A DNA stretch of 64,000 bases from Tetramitus jugosus (lineage: Eukaryota; Protista; Heterolobosea), in contig OW569347.1 of assembly GCA_937625935.1 (NCBI GenBank), positions 1 to 64,000 of the forward strand, given 5' to 3'. Below, in pieces: positions 49,801 through 59,947 of this stretch (positions are counted from its first letter, which is position 1; each line of letters begins with the position of its first letter). The notes beneath the pieces were generated by a model. It saw nothing but the letters and a program-made list of their open reading frames with translations, searched no databases and was not told the origin of the DNA. A program made the translations under genes and the position numbers.

Positions 49801-50678
49801 CAAAATTCGATAGGAGAGATTTTCTCAGAGAGATTGAATGTTTGTACCAATCCTGCTCGCTAAAGGAATATCTTACTCTGTTGTTCAGATTATTCCAACA
49901 ATTCAATTACAAGGATGAACAGTATGAAGTATCCATTCAAAATATTGATTTGAAAAAGTACGCACAGTTCTCTGCCTATCTCATTCATAACTCTGAGTGG
50001 GGAGATGTAATTTCTCATCGATACCACAAAATATTGCAAATACTCAAGAGTATGAAGAACGAGCTGAAGTATACCCCTATTCTCACTTATGATACGTGGC
50101 TGTTTTATATTTTGTTCAAACTGGGAGAAGATGATAAATATTCAACCGTAGTCAAGAATCTGAAGTGGTTCGATGATTTAGCCTCCAAGATTGCTCGTTT
50201 AGACCAGGAACCAAAGGAAAAAGTCGAACCAAAGGAAGAAGATACAAAGCTGGAAAATGCAGAAAAGCAGGATGAATCTTTGGATACTGAAAACGAAGAC
50301 GACACGAAGGATGACAAACCAGACGATCAGATGAAGAGCGTATCAAGTTTCTCTCAATTCTCTCAGATTTCTGATTTGCATATGAGTATCTTATTCAAAG
50401 AAAAATCAGAATTGGATCCTGAACAACTTGTGGTCGAAGTAGACGAGTTCTGTAATGTCAGTAGACTTGGAGATTGGAGAAAAGTACGAGAATTCCAACC
50501 CCTGGTCAGTCACATTATCTGTTCCACTTGGCCAAACATTGAAGCAACGGATATCAACTTGTACCAACAGCATATCCACCAGCAACATCACCATCCACAT
50601 GATCACGACGAATATTCAGATACCTTTATGCATGATGAGCGAACACTGCTGGATGTCATTGACAATCAAATACACTAA
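46833..50678 (+). CDS. Large multi-pass membrane protein of unknown function, two exons
   Basis: Signal peptide, N-glycosylation-site-rich ectodomain and several TM helices; intron about 48359-48433. Confidence 0.7.
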
Positions 50679-50788
50679 TAAAAAGCGAATCTGCAGTAGA
50701 GCCGCCAAATCTGCTCATCTACGAATTTTTCGTCAACAAACAACAGTCGATGAAATGTTATTCGCGTTGAAGACTTGAACAACAATCA

Positions 50789-53700
50789 ATGGTACAAAGG
50801 TTGCGCAGTATTTATAGTTTTCAAACTCAATTCGATGAAGACAAGAGTAGTACGGACCTCATCAAGGCCTTACAACAGAAGAAGATAAATGAGAGAAGAG
50901 CTTTGATAGCTCAGCAAAATCATGAAATATTCAAAGAGAGGAAGAGGATGGAATCAAGAGAAAGAGTCCTCGCCAAACGAGAACACCGCATCCAGCAGAG
51001 AAATGATGAGGAATGTGCGACAACGATCATCCATATGAACAATTATAGAGATGAGTTTCACAACTACATGACAGTTCAGATTGTCTATCTAAAATCCATT
51101 GGTTTGAGAAATTTAGAAACATTGGGCTTTCTTTTTGCTTCTCATGGTCTTCGGAAGATGGACTTGAGTCACAATGAAATTGTCCATCTTCCAAAGGTGA
51201 ATGTTTGGAAACAAGTACCTAATTTAGAACTGTTGTATCTTCATGGAAATAGAATAAGTGCTATCAAGAACATTGAAAAGTTGGCTCCACTCAAAAAGTT
51301 AGTATATCTGACATTATTTGACAACAAAATTTCCCTTACCAAGGGATACAGGAGAAGAGTATGTCAATCGTTGCCTGAATTAAAAGCCTTAGATCATCAT
51401 GTAGTGACAATTATGGACTTTTTGTCACGAGAGTTTGCATCATTTCGGTTCTATCGACCATGTGGTCAAATGATGTTATTGGATTCCTATCCCTTGGACT
51501 TGTCAGATAGATACTTAGATCTGCCTAGTACTTTCCGGATTCAGGAAGTTGAAGCCGTTGTTTCCTCTGAACTGCGAGTTATTCAACTCAAGTACTTGAG
51601 ATGTGATCCTGTAACGAGAATCAAAGCGATTTGGAGAGGATACACTGCCCGAAAGTGGATGAAGAGTTTTAAACAAATTACTGCTTCTCCTATGACGACC
51701 AACCGCGCAACGAAATTGAAACATCAAGTTGAACGATGGGAACACAAGAGGACAACGACTCATTGGTCCTCAGAAATGTCACTACAGCAGTCAACAGATG
51801 TTGACAAAGAAACAAGGGAGTCAGTAGTAGTGTTGCAGAAGTACTATCGCAGACATCTAGCAATCAAATTATCGACAAATATGTTTCTACAAAGTTGTAA
51901 GGGATTGGTACGTATTCATATTTTAAACAATGAGGATAATTGGAAATTGGGTCGTTAACTTCATCTTTGTAGGTGGAATGCTTTTGCCATGTATCAGATC
52001 TCGAAAAGATCTATCAATTTTCTAACACCCATGCAAGTAAGTTTACTCTTTCAAGAACCAATGTTTTCTTTGAGAATCGAAATTCTGGATTTCAAGAGGA
52101 GAGACTACGTTTCTTTCCTTTTGTTCGCTCTTCAGGTATGGCGAATAACTTCCTTTTCACAATGAGTTTATTGTGTTAATTCTTTCACACGTGTGCAGGA
52201 GCTGTGTTAAAGATGCTGGGAAATTCAAAAGCTTCTCGACCGATCAAAAAACTGGAAAGCCAAATCAAGTGCAAAGATTTTGTTAGTCTTGAACTGTCTA
52301 GGCAATTTAATGAACGCCAATGGAATTGCTTATCCGGCCAGCTAAATGTGAAGGTATTGATCTATTTCTTCTTCCTGGCTTTCCACTCCATCCTTAACTT
52401 TTGTATCATTTGCAGGTTCAACAAAATCTCATGTGGAGGCTGGTTTGTCCTGACAACGCATCTCTCTACGATCTAATCGAACAAGTGCAGCGCTTCAACA
52501 CCCTACGAGCACCATCAAAGAAAATTTACCTCTACTTTCAAAGAGATGTCATCAGGATTACGAGTGTTGTTCTGATTCAGAAATACTGGAGAGGATATGC
52601 CGTAAGAAAAACCTTTAATCCCATAAGAATCCAGAGAAGAGCCTCCTTGGTGATACAGTTGAGATGGAGGCTCTATAAAGCCAGAACGAATCTTCGCTAT
52701 TTCAAAAAGATAAAAGCTCTAACAGATAACAAACCGAGGTCGAAGTACTTCTATATATCCGTACAACAATGGAGGCAGTTGGAATCATTCGTCTCCCAAG
52801 AAAAATTGTTGGATTGGTTCTTTATTAGTTCGGCCTCGAACATTTTTCAACAGAGGGACATAAGAATATTTGAAACTTCGAATGATCCCAATCAGACTAA
52901 ATCCAATATCTCATTCTTCCTTCGACAGGTATTACAAGTTCCACCTACTATTTTCGAGCCATCAGATAGAAGTCCGAGTAAGTACAACAAAATTCTCGCC
53001 AGAATGGCAGAGTAGAAAATACTAACACACTGCCAGATCTGCAAAAGCTTCTTACTGTAGGTTCAAAAATTGAAATCATTTCTCGAACTCATAGAAGACT
53101 GAAGATTGACAATGTAGAAGATCTTTCAAAGATATTTAATGAAGGATATATTAGATTTCAATTCAATTCTCCAGAGGAAACTTTTCGGAGAAAGGTGTTA
53201 TTGGCAATTAAAACTTACGCCAGCTGGCGAAACAAAGAAGAAATGATCGTTCCTCTGAGCGATTCAGAGATCAAAGTTGGACTTGCAGCTTTGAGACTTC
53301 AGAGTTGGTGGAGAAGAAAGAGAATCAGCACACTTGTAAAGAACAAGAAAGAGCGATATCTTTCGGTTGAATCAAGTGAGAAAGTGGGACAGAATCTGTT
53401 ATTTTCTCCACGTAAAAATGCGCTCAGCATTGATCTGTTCAAAGAAAGAATAAGTCTCGAGTATGAAGATGATGGAACTACCCTTACAAAATCACTAGAT
53501 AGTTACCAATTTAAGAGACCTCCCATGAAGAAGTTTCATAGCGAAATGAAGTTTTCTGAACTACCTTCAGAATTGGTTACTCGGCCCCCATTTTCTCGAT
53601 CGTATTCTATTGGTGACAGCGTCCAGGGTCTGAAAACAAAGATAATTGAGAACCAAAAATTCAAAGAAGGAATGCAACTATTGCTTCGAGGTCGAGAGGA

Positions 53701-54892
53701 GAAAGAACTGTATCAACTCGCTTCTCGTAGAGAAAAAGTGCAGACTGCTAGAACAGCCCGGATGGGTGTTCATCCAAGATCCCTAGGTGGCCAATTGGTT
53801 GGTTCAGACTCTGAAGAATTGATGGGCCTAAGAATGAATCTTAAGTCTCTGGAACATATAGGAAGTCAACATAACAACTCAACAGAGGTTGACGACAATA
53901 ACTTGAAACATCAACTATTGGACATTCAAGATGTTCTTAACTCTCAATTTGGTTTCAACTTGGCTCAAATGAGAGCACTGAGTTACTCTACTCCGTTCAT
54001 TTCACATAATTCTGCATTCTTGGACTATCCAACAATTCAACGTTTCCAAAGTGAGGTTTATCAACGGGAAAAGGTTGAACGATCTTTGGTACGATTTGTT
54101 AAAGAAACAGAACTACTGAAGAAACACAGAGAAAAAGTGAAAAAGAGGAAAGATGAGATAGCCGTGGGGATGATGAAGAAAGAGAGGAAACAAGAGGAAA
54201 GAAAGAATGAAATTGAGAAGATACAACGAGATGCTTTTCGCACTCTTCAGGAGATAGAGCGAAGCAAGTCAAAAGACCACGAAAAAGTATTACTCACACG
54301 AGATGAAATTAAGTCAGAAAAAACAAGAAGAAGCATTCAATTACTGCAAAGAATACAAACACATCAGTTTATTTCCCAAGCGAACAGTATTCAGAGACAG
54401 TATGAGAAACAAAGCAGAAGAGAATCAAGAGAAGAAAATCGAGCAAAGAGTGCAACAGCTGTCCGTCAACGAAAAAGTTCCTCTCAACAAAAAAGACGTA
54501 AGATAGATGAGTACCTAGTCGAGGATTTGAATAGGAGGAAGGTTGAGACACAGTACGAGAAGAGCTCAATCCGGAAGGCAACAGAAGAACATCAACAAAA
54601 GAACAATAGTAGAAACCAACTCAAGCGACTCATGATAAGAAACAAGGAGCAGTATTCCTCTCTGATAAAAGAGAGGATATCAGAGTTGATCAAAACTGAT
54701 AGGGGTGATGCAGATCCTTCCTTGGGTTCTCTTTCTCAAACAACAAGAGACTTTGAACCAACCGAATTAGGCAAAGAAGATGTCATAGCTCTGAAAGAAG
54801 CTCTCCGTAATAAACAGTTTTGGACGAGAGAGCTGAGCTCAGTGCCAGCGTTACCCACCGTTCGCCCTGTGACAAATGGCACAAATAAATAG
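50789..54892 (+). CDS. LRR and IQ-motif protein (LRRIQ3-like, probably flagellar/basal body), multi-exon
   Basis: LRRs (MDLSHNEI, LYLHGNRI, LTLFDN, LKALD), IQ motifs (IKAIWRGY, IQKYWRGY, LQSWWRR), coiled-coil tail and about 4 introns. Confidence 0.75.
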
Positions 54893-54917
54893 ATGCTAAA
54901 AGAACATGATGTTTGTT

Positions 54918-56132
54918 TTACTCGCGCATAAACTCCAAGTCATAAGTGGACAAAGAAGTAGATGCTTCAACAGTAACATAAACAAATGATGGTTGGTGGA
55001 AAACCATATCGAGTACTCCATTGAATCCGTCAAAGGAATATTCGTGATCAATCTTGCTTGGGGTTGTGGTCTTGCTGCTCACATAAACAACAACCTTTCC
55101 AGTTCTAGTCACGATGCCCAATTTGACAATCTCGTTGACACGTGCAGTATCAACATAGAATGAGAATTGAGAATAGTATCCACGCTCAATACCAGCACCA
55201 ACTTGAGGTTGTCTATCGAACAAGAGAATTGGTCTCGATTGAGACTTCTTGACCAATTGAACAACAGTAGTAAAGTGAACCAATGGAGTGGCATTCAAGA
55301 AGCTCAATGGTCTCTTGTTGATGGCACTTTGAGGGTTCTCTTGAAGAGCAACAGCAATATAGTACTTGCCTGATCCTCTCCAGAAAGGATCAGTTCTTCT
55401 CAACTCAATAAATGCATCACCGTCATCCATGGAGAGAGATGCCCATTGATGATTGGCTTGAGTTGGTCTTGCATTGTCATTGGACACAAACACCTTGTAG
55501 TCATAGTGCTTTTGTTCGACTTGGCCTTCGACACTGGTCAAATAAATGTTCATTCCTTCAATTTCAGGGTCTTCCTTTCCGAGATCATACTCGAACCATT
55601 GAATGTATGGCTTTTGTGGTGCTGATTCAATCTTGAATGCACTCCATTGTGGAACAGATGGCTCCAATGTGATCATGTGAGTGTTGTGTCTTGCGTAGGC
55701 AACCATGTACACACTGCACAACTCACCTGGTGCTTGCTTGGAATTGACTAGAATGTACACGTCTTCGTCTGATCCCTTGCCCTGTTGGAACAAGTCTGCC
55801 AACAAAAAGTTGGTCTCTCCAATCTTGTTCACCTTGGAAACGTAGTCATAATTGTCAGTGGTTGGTTGCTTGTTGATACTGGCATAAATGTCAATCTCAG
55901 AGTTGCATCCGTGTGGAGCAGTGAACACTTCCAATACTCTGTGATGGAAGGCTGGCAGATCGAGGACAAAGCTTGCAGAAGCTCCAGCTTCATTCTTCAA
56001 GTGAAACAGTTGATATTTGCCGTTGCGAACCTTGGCTGGATCAGCAGCAGCTGAAGCAAAGGAGGAGACATTGATGATCATTAGAACAGCAATCAAGAGA
56101 GCTGCCTGAATCATGTAGGAGGAGGTGGACAT
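54918..56132 (-). CDS. Secreted beta-sandwich (PPC-like repeat) protein
   Basis: Signal peptide; repeated DIYAS..QPT..YDY, KVFVS...RPT...W and VYVSS..TPS motifs. Confidence 0.7.
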   Translation of the reverse strand: MSTSSYMIQAALLIAVLMIINVSSFASAAADPAKVRNGKYQLFHLKNEAGASASFVLDLPAFHHRVLEVFTAPHGCNSEIDIYASINKQPTTDNYDYVSKVNKIGETNFLLADLFQQGKGSDEDVYILVNSKQAPGELCSVYMVAYARHNTHMITLEPSVPQWSAFKIESAPQKPYIQWFEYDLGKEDPEIEGMNIYLTSVEGQVEQKHYDYKVFVSNDNARPTQANHQWASLSMDDGDAFIELRRTDPFWRGSGKYYIAVALQENPQSAINKRPLSFLNATPLVHFTTVVQLVKKSQSRPILLFDRQPQVGAGIERGYYSQFSFYVDTARVNEIVKLGIVTRTGKVVVYVSSKTTTPSKIDHEYSFDGFNGVLDMVFHQPSFVYVTVEASTSLSTYDLEFMRE

Positions 56133-56312
56133 GTTGTTAATTGCGTTGTGTGTGTCAATGATTTGTTGTTTTTTTTTTACTGTGAATCACAATCATCTGA
56201 TGAAAGTTCCAGTTACAATCTTTTTTCGCGACATAGGACAACGCGATTTGTCGGCTGTCGCTTTCTTTTCGGAAGCGATGAATTACGATTACTCCGTTTT
56301 AGAAGCGAAAAT

Positions 56313-56820
56313 TTTTTTTTTTTTATACAACCATTTCGGTTGCTCGCTTTATTGTCTTTTGTTTTCTTCGGCCATCGCTCGAAGAGCGATGACCCTTGGT
56401 CACCTGATTAATTCTCAATGACGCTCGCAGAGCGTCATTGTTGTTTCGCTTTTGTTGTGGTGAAGAGGTGAAGGAGAGTCGTGAGACATCTCCGTTTCAC
56501 CCCATTCACATAAATTCTTGCTTTTTTTACGGCCACTGCTACTCTGACTCCACTGGCTACCAAGCCATTGGTGATATCTTCGATGGCACTCGTTTCGATG
56601 CCCATCATACCTGTTAGATATTCTCTGCTAGTCCACCGCAGTGCTCTTTTTTCAATCTTTCCGTTCTTGAGTCTGACATTATCGAACCATATGTCGATAC
56701 AACTGTCAGCTGACACTCCCAGGCTAATTAGTTCCTTACCCACTGTCAGTGCTAGACACCGTCTAGCATGGACAGACCTGGGACAACGTACCAAGCAGTG
56801 TAAGACACTCTCGGGTTCTT
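56313..56820 (-). mobile_element. 5'-truncated non-LTR retrotransposon (element B) carrying the 3' end of ORF2
   Basis: TSD GTTTTAGAAGCGAAAAT at 56296-56312 and 56821-56837; T13 tract 56312-56324 (poly-A tail); ORF remnant EPESVLHCLVRC resembles the C-terminal zinc knuckle of L1-type ORF2. Confidence 0.85.
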
Positions 56821-56848
56821 GTTTTAGAAGCGAAAATGATTGATTTTT

Positions 56849-58179
56849 TTTTTGTTCCATACAACCATGTGTGCTTGCGTGCTTGCGCAGCAAGCACACG
56901 ATTGCTCATTTATTGACTTGTTTTGTGAGTGACGACCCGTAGGGCGTCATTCACTCTTCTTCTCTTGTTGTCCCCGACGGTGCATCTACAGGTTGGAATA
57001 ATCACTCTGGTGAGTGTTTTGGTTGATGCCCTTCATCAAAGGGTGTAACCTTGTAGTAGGACCGTCGATGGACACAGAGCCATCTGTTGTTTTTTTCTTG
57101 TTTTGGGCCTTGTTGCTCATCAGATCACCCAGTGTGATCCTGGCACTCCTCTTCTTGTTGTCATTGAGTTGTGGACTCTGAATCTCCTTTTCGGAGTCAT
57201 CATCCACATCCACAATGACTGGTTCGTCCTCAGTCAAACCATACCTTTTGCGTGCAGCAGCCAGCGCCAATGCAGCAATTTCCTTTTTCACTCTGGCGAA
57301 CACTGGAGAAGTGGCATTCACTTGCTCCAGAATCTGCCGGTTCTCAGCACTGAGCTGTACAACAGGCACTGATGGCAGTGGTGTTGCTACAGTCCTCTGT
57401 TCTTCTACCTCCAATAGCTCAGGAGTGGTCTCCATCCTAGCAGTGGCTTGGGCAACTACTTGTTCCGGCATTGGTACCGGTTTGTTGCCCCCTTGACCCT
57501 TTGTCTTTACTAATTCCTTGGTGAGTTCTGTGACCTGTCGACGCAGTCCGTCAACCACCGTCAGCAGCTCCTCGTACATCTTCGTCAACCTCTTGTTGAC
57601 AGCCTTGAGAGGATCATGTGGTCTCTCGACGTATCGAGTGACCGTGGCCTTTACCTTGTTCTCTCCACTGAGTACTGCTCGTGCATAGGTTTCGTCACCC
57701 ATGACCACGAAAGCAGTGTCACGCTTCTTGAGCACACTGGCAACCTTCTCAGGCCCCAGTAGCTTCTTGATGTCGTCCACTGACATGTTCTTCATGCCAT
57801 GGACGACCACCTTTCTTGTGCAATCAACACTGCGCTTGGGTGCAGCAGTGCTGTTGCCAATCCTCCTCTCTTTGTTGAACAACTCAACAAAGTCATAGAT
57901 GCGGTCACCCTTGACCGTCACCCATGCAACAAAGCGTTGCTGGCCTTTCCTCTTGATGACCTGGACTCGGTTGAGCCAGTCACCAAACTCCTCTCCTATC
58001 TTTCTTGCCAAAGATGACTGAGAGACACCATTACCGTTGCCAGTAATGACCACCTCTCTGTCACTTGGCCTAGAGCCTTTCCGTGCAGTGGTCCACACTG
58101 CATAACGGCTGTTGCCGTATTCCTTCACCAAATTTGTTGAATCACCAGACATGTGATTCCGTTTTTTTCTGCGTTTTTT
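56849..58179 (-). mobile_element. Non-autonomous ORF1-only non-LTR retroelement (element A)
   Basis: TSD GAAAATGATTGATTTTT at 56832-56848 and 58180-58196; T10 tract 56844-56853; 3' end shares ATACAACCAT and TTGCTC..TTTATTG with element B; GC content looks higher than flanks. Confidence 0.85.
56986..58152 (-). CDS. ORF1-like protein with RRM-like domains and a coiled coil
   Basis: Intact 388-aa ORF; RRM-like KVVVHGM...DDIKKLLG...TAFVVM; heptad coiled coil; lies inside the TSD-bounded element. Confidence 0.7.
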   Translation of the reverse strand: MSGDSTNLVKEYGNSRYAVWTTARKGSRPSDREVVITGNGNGVSQSSLARKIGEEFGDWLNRVQVIKRKGQQRFVAWVTVKGDRIYDFVELFNKERRIGNSTAAPKRSVDCTRKVVVHGMKNMSVDDIKKLLGPEKVASVLKKRDTAFVVMGDETYARAVLSGENKVKATVTRYVERPHDPLKAVNKRLTKMYEELLTVVDGLRRQVTELTKELVKTKGQGGNKPVPMPEQVVAQATARMETTPELLEVEEQRTVATPLPSVPVVQLSAENRQILEQVNATSPVFARVKKEIAALALAAARKRYGLTEDEPVIVDVDDDSEKEIQSPQLNDNKKRSARITLGDLMSNKAQNKKKTTDGSVSIDGPTTRLHPLMKGINQNTHQSDYSNL

Positions 58180-58223
58180 GAAAATGATTGATTTTTATAA
58201 TAACTCCGATTGATGAATATCTA

Positions 58224-58305
58224 GCATTCGTGGCCGAGTGGTCTAAGGCGTCCGACTCAAGTTCGGATATCTCCGGATGCGTGAGTTCAAATCTCACCGG
58301 ATGCA
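58224..58305 (+). tRNA. tRNA-Leu(CAA)
   Basis: Acceptor GCATTCG/CGGATGC, A box TGGCCGAGTGG, anticodon arm TCCGA-CTCAAGT-TCGGA, long variable arm, T arm GTGAG-TTCAAAT-CTCAC and downstream TTTT. Confidence 0.96.
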
Positions 58306-58404
58306 CAGTTTTGCTCCTGGGTGTAGGTGTGATCTGTTCACGTGCAAAGTGGGACCTATTTTGTGCTTTGTTTTTGGTCAGAACAACCCAAACACACATC
58401 AGCA

Positions 58405-59421
58405 ATGCTGCGATTCAAACATCTACCAACGCGATCTCTTTTCAGCTCAGTTCGACTATTCAGTTCTCGGTCCTCACCACCACCCTACACTGTTTCATTG
58501 ACTGACATTGACTTGACTCCAACAGTGCAATCCATTATATCAACATGTGTCAATGTGTTCACATCGAATGAACCATCCAAAAAAGTTCAACATCTTGTGC
58601 ATTTGAATAGCAGAACCGGTAGTAGTAATAGCGTAGCACCATCACTGAATCAGTCAGAATCGACGTCAGAATTACTTGATGTGATCTCTCGCATGAATCA
58701 TCCTGCTCGCCCTGCAACGCCCACTCTTAGCGATATCAGAGATATTCCTTCTCTAAAGGAATCTGGCCTATCTCAGCCCATTTACATGTTGCACAATTGT
58801 GCACACATTGAATTGAATGCGATGGATGTGTGTTGTCACACGTTGCTTCTCCCATCTCTGCACCATTGTCAACCACAACAACAATCATTGTCGATATCAG
58901 ATGAAACAATGTCAAATTCAGCTAAGTTATCTCTGCCTGAAGAATTCTATCAAGATTTTGTGAGTATTGCACGCGATGAGGCAAGACACTTTCAGATGCT
59001 ATCGGATCGATTGCATGAACTCGGTTCATACTATGGTGTTCTGAACAGTCACAAGATGCTATGGGATGGAGCTGCACGTACTTCTCACTCGCTTCTCGCT
59101 CGAATCGTCATGTGCCAACTCATTAATGAGTGCAGAGGATTAGACAGTGGCCCCAGACTGGTCCACAAGTTGAAGAGCAGTGGAGACAACAAGTCTGCGC
59201 AAATCATGCAGCAGATTGTAGATGAGGAGGAAAATCATGTGCGCCTCGGGATGAAATGGTTTCTGAGGTTGTGCGAGCAGATGAATCTGGAGCCCAAGGA
59301 GACATTCCAAAGCATTGTGAACCACTATTATGGAAAGCTGGTGCCACCTTTTAATCACGAGGCAAGGAACAGAGCTGAGATGCCAAGAGAATGGTACGAG
59401 TCATTATCCAGAGAGAGATAA
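58405..59421 (+). CDS. DUF455 ferritin-like di-iron protein, probably mitochondrion-targeted
   Basis: LHNCAHIELNAMD, DEARHF, ECRGLDSGP, EEENHVRLG.KWF and PPFN..AR; presequence-like N-terminus. Confidence 0.88.
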   Translation: MLRFKHLPTRSLFSSVRLFSSRSSPPPYTVSLTDIDLTPTVQSIISTCVNVFTSNEPSKKVQHLVHLNSRTGSSNSVAPSLNQSESTSELLDVISRMNHPARPATPTLSDIRDIPSLKESGLSQPIYMLHNCAHIELNAMDVCCHTLLLPSLHHCQPQQQSLSISDETMSNSAKLSLPEEFYQDFVSIARDEARHFQMLSDRLHELGSYYGVLNSHKMLWDGAARTSHSLLARIVMCQLINECRGLDSGPRLVHKLKSSGDNKSAQIMQQIVDEEENHVRLGMKWFLRLCEQMNLEPKETFQSIVNHYYGKLVPPFNHEARNRAEMPREWYESLSRER

Positions 59422-59947
59422 TAAAAATGTCGTTTCATTGTTGTTTCCTATTGGGAATGTTATGTCCGAGGCAGGTCTGAAAATATCAACCGCTTATGCT
59501 AACATGACTTTTCCGGCCAAATCCCACACTGTAAAGATGTCAACCGCCATCAATAATTGTCGGAGATTACACGAAGAGCCAAATCCATGTCTCTATTTGG
59601 AATTGGGATGACGTTTTCTACCGATGGCTGTTACGAATCAAGAACAGACCAGCACTTTTCCTACAAGACACAAACAGCACGTGAAGAATTTTTTTCAGAG
59701 AGATAAAGTGAGTCAGAAATAACATCCAAACATCTTTTTGCTGACACTTTAAACATCAACCCTTATTCCAAGCTAACAAACAAGCAAGCAGCAAACAATC
59801 AACATCTCCACTCACACAACAATAACACACTCCCCTTTTTTTGACTGTTTATCAAAAAGCTTGCCACACCACTCCCATCAACCGTTCTCCCCACAACATC
59901 ACCGTGAACTGAGAAAAAAATAGTAATACTCCACTTCACCACACAAT

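Noticed and set aside
56435-56899. 154-aa ORF as a standalone gene
   Set aside because: Its first ~26 codons run through element A's 3' UTR, poly(A) and the TSD; only the part below 56820 is an ORF2 remnant.
56296-58196. LTR or DIRS-type split direct repeats
   Set aside because: The repeats resolve into two overlapping 17-bp TSDs plus related poly(A)-tailed 3' ends; no integrase or tyrosine recombinase is present.
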